A stretch of DNA of 64,000 nucleotides from the human T2T-CHM13v2.0 reference genome, Homo sapiens. The stretch lies in NCBI RefSeq assembly GCF_009914755.1, contig NC_060936.1. One strand, written 5' to 3'. The notes under the pieces are model-generated. The model ran no database searches, was not told the origin of the DNA, and saw only the letters and a list, made by a program, of their open reading frames with translations. Position numbers and translations under genes: made by a program. This document shows, piece by piece, positions 56,757 through 64,000 of this stretch (within the stretch, counting starts at the first letter, position 1; each line of letters starts with the position of its first letter).

Positions 56757-57289
56757 TATTTTAAAACTGATACTCTAACTGTATTCCCTATAATTGGGAA
56801 AGCTGAAAAATATTGAGTGAATTAAGCAGAGATATAGAAGATATTTTAAGAAAACAAAACACCCAAGTCAGACTTTTAGAAAACTATAACGTCTGAGATG
56901 AAAATATAATGGAAGCAATTAAAAGCAGATTAGAAATAGAAGAATAAAAGGTTATGAACTTGAAGACAGCAATAGGAACTACCCAAATAAAACAGACGAA
57001 ACAAAAACTTGTTAAAAAATTAACAGAGCCTCAATGACCTTGGAAAGACTTCAAATGGCCTAATACACATATATCGGAATCTCTCAAAAAGAGAAAGTAG
57101 GAGGGACAGAAAAAACATTAAAGCAATAATGGCTAAAAGTTTTACAAATTTAATAAAAGCTATAATTCCACAGTTCCAAGAAGCTCAACACGAAGAACAA
57201 GAAACAAGAAAACCACACAAAGGCACACAAAAACCAATTGGCTGTAAGCCAGCAAAATAGATCTTTACTCTGGCATCACCAGTTGAGTC

Positions 57290-58760
<1,471 letters not shown>

Positions 58761-59364
58761 CATAAAGATGTAAATTACACCAATTCTTTTCATATCCGTC
58801 TGCTATTTTACACGCAGGTTATCTTAACTTTTGGATCTTATTTTCTTTCATCTTATCCCTTTCAATAAAGGCTAAATTATACATATGTATCAGTCCTTAT
58901 GAAATGTAAAAGATCTAAACTAATTCACCTTTATCATGCTCATGTTTGTTCCACTTTATCCAAAGGGCAGTGTTATAGAGAGACCGAGAGATAGAAGATG
59001 AGAAACTCCCACATCCTTCAGGATCTGGGGAAAATTAGCTTCTAGGAAGCTAAATCTCCTCATCTGTAATAATTCATATAGAGTTGTTGTAAATATCCAG
59101 GAAAGCATTTATATGGAAGCATTTAGCAATCGTAAGCGCAGTGTAAATTAGTTCCATTACCATTACCAAATATGACTAGATGGTAGAAGGAAAAGATGAT
59201 GAAACAAGAGGCGAAAAGAAGAAAAACAACCGAAAAAAGTATTCTAGAGTTTCTCTACCCACTCAGAAATAGAATAATATATAGTTTTTTTAAAATGTGG
59301 ATCTCTACTTTTTCCCATTGCATTCAACTCGAATCCTCAGCCGATCTAGCACAGATCCTTTTTG

Positions 59365-60542
59365 CTAATGAGACAGAAACCATTTATTAACAGACAGCAA
59401 ATACTGTTTATTGCAGACTTTCCAGCTGACTCATGTGAAAAAGGCACTATGAAAATTAATGAATCTAGATAATTTCTCTAAATGATTTATGTTAAAATAT
59501 ACAACATTCTTACATAACATCTGTTTTATATATGTGAAATAATATAACATTTAATGACAAAAATTGTGTTTCCAAAAATAACATTTGTTGAAGGTTAGGT
59601 ATCTTTCTTTTCTCTATGTGGAATCTTTCACAGGATTAAAATATGTGTAAATTAAGTGCTTCTTATTACCAGAAATACTTGACACAGATAAACACATAAA
59701 ATGGCCCCACTCCCTTTTAACTACTCATATCAACATTCAGAACTGAGGCTTTCATTAAGCAAAATACTGTAATGCACACCAATGCAGACTACTTCCTTTG
59801 CTAGATTTTGAGAAGACATGACCTCTTTCGCATTTGTGCTTTCTCATATATAAGAACACAGTATACATAATAAGCAGAATATAAACTAAATCAAAATACA
59901 AGCTATACAAGGAGTTGCAATCAACAGAGCCATGACAAACTGTCTTGAGAATGCTCCATAGATTTATATTTGCATGTCCAAGGTATGGCTGTACTTTACA
60001 GTTCATTCAAATGTTTTAATTTTTTTTTAAACTGTTGGCATTAAGAACTTTAAATAAATCTAAATATTCTTCCATTGAGTATGTCAGAGAAGAGACTTAA
60101 GTAAGCAGAGGCTAGCCTACAGTGAGCTATGCCCTGAATGACAGACACCATATTCACAGGCAAAATCGAAACTGCTTAGATTTTGAATCATGGACAACAT
60201 TGTTGCTTTGTTGCAGTGAATAACTCCACCACTATCAAAACAATTCCTGTTTATACCCTGGGATGGGGATAAAATAATTAGTCTAATTAAGGAAACTTCA
60301 CCTTGGTAAAGTAAGAAAAATATTTTCCAAGGTCAAAAAATTCAGTTTAAATTTTTTCAGTTTTAATAAAAATAATGGGCCTAGAAGCAAATCCTGTGCT
60401 CACTCAGGTTTGCATGGGTTTTTTTTTTATGGTGATAAATTACATCAAGAAAAATGAATCTGACATTCCCTTCAAGGCTTCTTAAAACAAAGCATGTTGG
60501 AATAATGCCAAAAACAATGGAGTTTAAATACAAACAAACAAA
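59365..60542 (-). other. EPS8: EPS8 3'UTR (end approximate)
   Basis: AT-rich, repeat-free sequence between the stop codon and tandem AATAAA signals. Confidence 0.85.
59383..59412 (-). terminator. EPS8 tandem poly(A) signals (AATAAA at 59412-59407 and 59388-59383)
   Basis: TTTATT twice on +, 24 nt apart. Confidence 0.8.
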
Positions 60543-60656
60543 TTAGTGACTGCTTCCTTCATCAAAAGATTCCACTCCTGAATCACTAGCGGCAGCACTG
60601 ATTTTTTCCTGTCGTCTTCTCATAATTTCTTGTAACTCGGAGCTGCCACTGCTATC
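60543..60656 (-). CDS. EPS8: EPS8 last coding exon (DSSGSSELQEIMRRRQEKISAAASDSGVESFDEGSSH*)
   Basis: CAG acceptor at 60657-59 (minus), TAA at 60545-60543; matches the EPS8 C-terminus. Confidence 0.97.
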   Translation of the reverse strand, partial: DSSGSSELQEIMRRRQEKISAAASDSGVESFDEGSSH

Positions 60657-62383
60657 CTGAAAGATAAACAGTTCAGACAAGATAGTTACTGACTTGTGCA
60701 GGCTGCAGGTCATATCATGAAATGGCTCAGGATAAAATTCTACTGTGGTTTTCTTCTAGTATCTCTTTAGGAAAGCTAACAGCTCTACTTTTTAAGTGAA
60801 GCTTCTGCACTTCACTAATATATCACATTAATAATTTTTCATTTTGTAAAGTCTGTTAAGGCAATTCACTCACCAGGCCTTTCATTTGAACATGATAAAG
60901 ATAAATCAATAATGTATGTATAGTACTCTAGGTTTGCTGAGAGAAAGAGGAAATGTGTACAATAAGCATAATAACATGGTAAATTATCAAAGGACTCTTT
61001 TGGGCTCAAACAAGATACTGATCTGCCTTTAGAAGATTTTAACTCAGGCCAGAGTGGGCTCAGAATTCACCCAGTTTCCCCTCCATATAGTTCTGACCCT
61101 CCGACCATGCTGGCTTTTCTCCTTTCCCATCAACAGAAGTCTCTGGCAACACAGGCAAATAATCTAAAAGATTAACTAGATCCAAGGAAAGGGTGAGGTG
61201 GTAGAAGGTGGCTGAGGAACATGAAGAACCTCAGGTAGTCAGCCTCTGCCTCAGTTCCCATGCAGAGAATAGGAAGAGAACAAGAAGCAAGAGACCATCC
61301 TGAAGTGGGTGGTGACAGCAAATGACAATAATGATAGGCAGGTGTGGGATGAAGGAATTCAGAATTTTAGGAATATGGCATTTTCTAACATACCTTGAAG
61401 AAGTAATTATATACTCTCAACAAAATTAAATATAGTGGTAATAAAACTGCTTGAGAAAAATATATAATCCTTATTAATATTCAACATATGGAAAGCAATC
61501 AAATCAAACTTTAATATGGAGCCTTCAAGATCAATGTTGTAGGGAAAACCTCCAAGGGAAATATGGTTTCTCTTGATTCAGAATGGCTACGGGGTGATAC
61601 GCATGAAGTGATTTTACCCTGAATTATTTAACTGTTGAATTTATAGAATATACCTGCTAGAGATGATTATGGATCAATTTCATGCCAAAGCCTACATTCT
61701 TTCATTTGAGTCCAAGTATAATTTTCATGAAACTATTAAGAGCTGTGAGATGTAACAGTTGGAAACTACTACCCGTATATAGCACATTTTAAGTCTAAAA
61801 TAGGATATTGGAAGCTTAAGTATAAAGCAATCTAGAAAACATGACTCTCCTGCTTTCATACAGACCATTGTGATTAAATACTTTTCCAGGCTCTCTATTT
61901 TCAGTGATCTCTACCTAATGTATCTTTCCCGATTATTGAGATGTATTACTAGACCTAACACACACAGCCAGGGTTTTACAATCTTATAACCTATACGTTA
62001 TTAGAATCTCCAAAAAAAAAAAAATATTAAGAATAGGCAAGGATTCTGGCCTCTTAAGGCTCTTACTCACTCAGAAGCTAATTTCCATTGTTATGTCAAA
62101 ATTAAATTTCCTATAGAATTAGTCAATACATATAAAATGAGAACATTATGCTTTTTGTCAAGTTTCCAAAAGTATGTGCTCAAGCTTCACATCATATGAG
62201 CATTTATAACAAATTAACCTTCTGGAAACTGTCATTGATGATCTCAGTGACAAATTTACAAAAGCAGAGTTAAATTTAATTCAGCTCTGTTAAGAAAGGG
62301 AAATTGGCCAATATGGACATAAATAGTTGTTTCCAGAGCTTTCAATTTGCAGAAAAACACCACCTTAGGTTGACAAGTCATAC

Positions 62384-62513
62384 CTCCAATGCAGCTTTTT
62401 GTACAGTGATTTGGCTATAGACTCTCGCCCCTTCAGGGCAGACTGTCCTCAGTTCATCCTTATTGAGAGAGAAAAGTTGTGCACCATTTAATACTCCAAG
62501 ACTATTGACAGTC
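62384..62513 (-). CDS. EPS8: EPS8 exon ([44 protein letters not shown]), SAM/PNT domain
   Basis: Poly-T + AG acceptor, GTATGA donor; 130 nt; in frame. Confidence 0.97.
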
Positions 62514-63452
62514 CTAAAAAAAAAAAAAGGAAAAAGAAACTGAGCATTAAAAATATTGCCTACAAACAAAGGAGAAAATTATCTGTTCCTGCTAGTAACT
62601 TCTCTTTTCTAAGCGTTCCATACCCTGGAACCCTTATTAAATGCCACTACAGTCTTTATAGTTAGGGCAATGACAAGTTTCTTTCATGATGATGACCCTG
62701 AGGCTATACAGATTATTAATTACAAAGTATCAAAAATGAGCCAATTCGGTTTAGGGTCATTGTTTAATACCAATTCTTGGGATTTGGTGTTTTATAGAAG
62801 GAATAGATAACTTTCTAGTAACCTGGCAATTGACTAACCATTGTATCTCATTTTTCAATCATGCTGGGTAGGTGAGTTTATAATATGTCAAGGTCCCTTG
62901 AATATGTATTATTCTAATAGTTCATTGTGCCAAATACATATGAAATGTTTATAGACTTTTAGATAGATAAATAGAACCTTTACTATGGGTTTATTAAAGG
63001 AAAAGTTCTATTAAGATTATAATTGATGCTAGGTAACACTATTTTTTATTTGCCAGAGACACTATATCCTGCAGCAGGAGGAAAGCTTATGCTCTATGTC
63101 CTATGTGGTCTAGGAAGTTCAGCTAAGACCATGGTCCTACCTAGGTTACATCACAGTAATCTGATGGAGAAAAGAAGCTACTGGGCCTCAAAGCTGCCAA
63201 TAGTTTGCTTAAAGAACTAATAATGAACAGATACTACCAATTCGAAAATGGGGTGGCATCAGAATAATTATTTATGCTTATTTTAGTTCTTTTTCAGCTA
63301 TGAACAGCTATAGTGAGTTCTTGAGTATGGCACAAAGTATGCAGTCTGTGCCCTTATGTTTTATAACAGTTATCTGTGACATCTAACTAAGCAAATTGAA
63401 AACAATGCATGTTGTACACACAGAATTGCAAAGTATTCACAGAGAGACTCAC

Positions 63453-63633
63453 ACAGGGTTGAATCCCTTTGACTGTAACCACGTCTTCACATCCTCTGGT
63501 GTGGAGTCGTAAGTGATATTGATAACTGGCACGTTCTGCCGTGGCACATGGAATTTCTTCTGAGCGGCACTCCGACCAATGGTCAGTCTGTGGATGAGTT
63601 CATCTTGCACTTCCTCCATCTGAGATTTCCTTC
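63453..63633 (-). CDS. EPS8: EPS8 exon (RKSQMEEVQDELIHRLTIGRSAAQKKFHVPRQNVPVINITYDSTPEDVKTWLQSKGFNP)
   Basis: On the minus strand, TAG acceptor and GTGAGT donor; 181 nt; effector region and start of the SAM/PNT domain. Confidence 0.96.
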
Positions 63634-64000
63634 CTAGACACCAACAGGGAGTAGGTTCTTTTTGAAAATCCCTAATATTACATCACCCTCTCTAGAACCC
63701 CAATCTCTATAATCCTTGACCCCAGTAGGACCTACAGTCTAGTGTTCCTACCATCTTTCCTCACTTTTATCCTCGCCCGGTATAAATGCCATGATCAATT
63801 ATTAAAATAACTCCCTGGCTCTTCTCTAGTCTCTTCATTGTACTCCTTTGGCAAAACCCCAATCCTGGTTAAACCTAACTTTCTGCGTATTCTGTGCCTG
63901 CACCTGCACAGCTGAATATAACACAACAATGCTGAATGATCTCATGTTAAATTCATGATTATGAACCTTAACTTGGCTGTTAATGCTTCCTGACAATTAT

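Overview
Human (primate) genomic DNA carrying the 3' ends of two convergent genes. On +, PTPRO has nine coding exons (4833-34271) for the juxtamembrane region, the single PTP catalytic domain and the YENV tail. These are followed by an intron inside the 3'UTR and a non-coding last exon with several candidate poly(A) signals. On -, EPS8 has its last three coding exons (SAM/PNT and effector region) and its 3'UTR. All exons were checked for GT-AG boundaries and reading-frame continuity. Most of the rest is repeats: Alus with TSDs, solo LTRs and a deeply nested L1 block at about 47-57 kb. I found no novel protein-coding system. The least-explained structures are a set of locally templated insertions: two 165-330 bp inverted duplications (10129-10293/13890-14057 and 52375-52706/54032-54356) and several small fold-back scars. 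There is also a divergent pair of CTCF-like motifs, one inside a CpG-retaining island next to a YY1 motif. Repeat subfamily names and percent identities are by eye.
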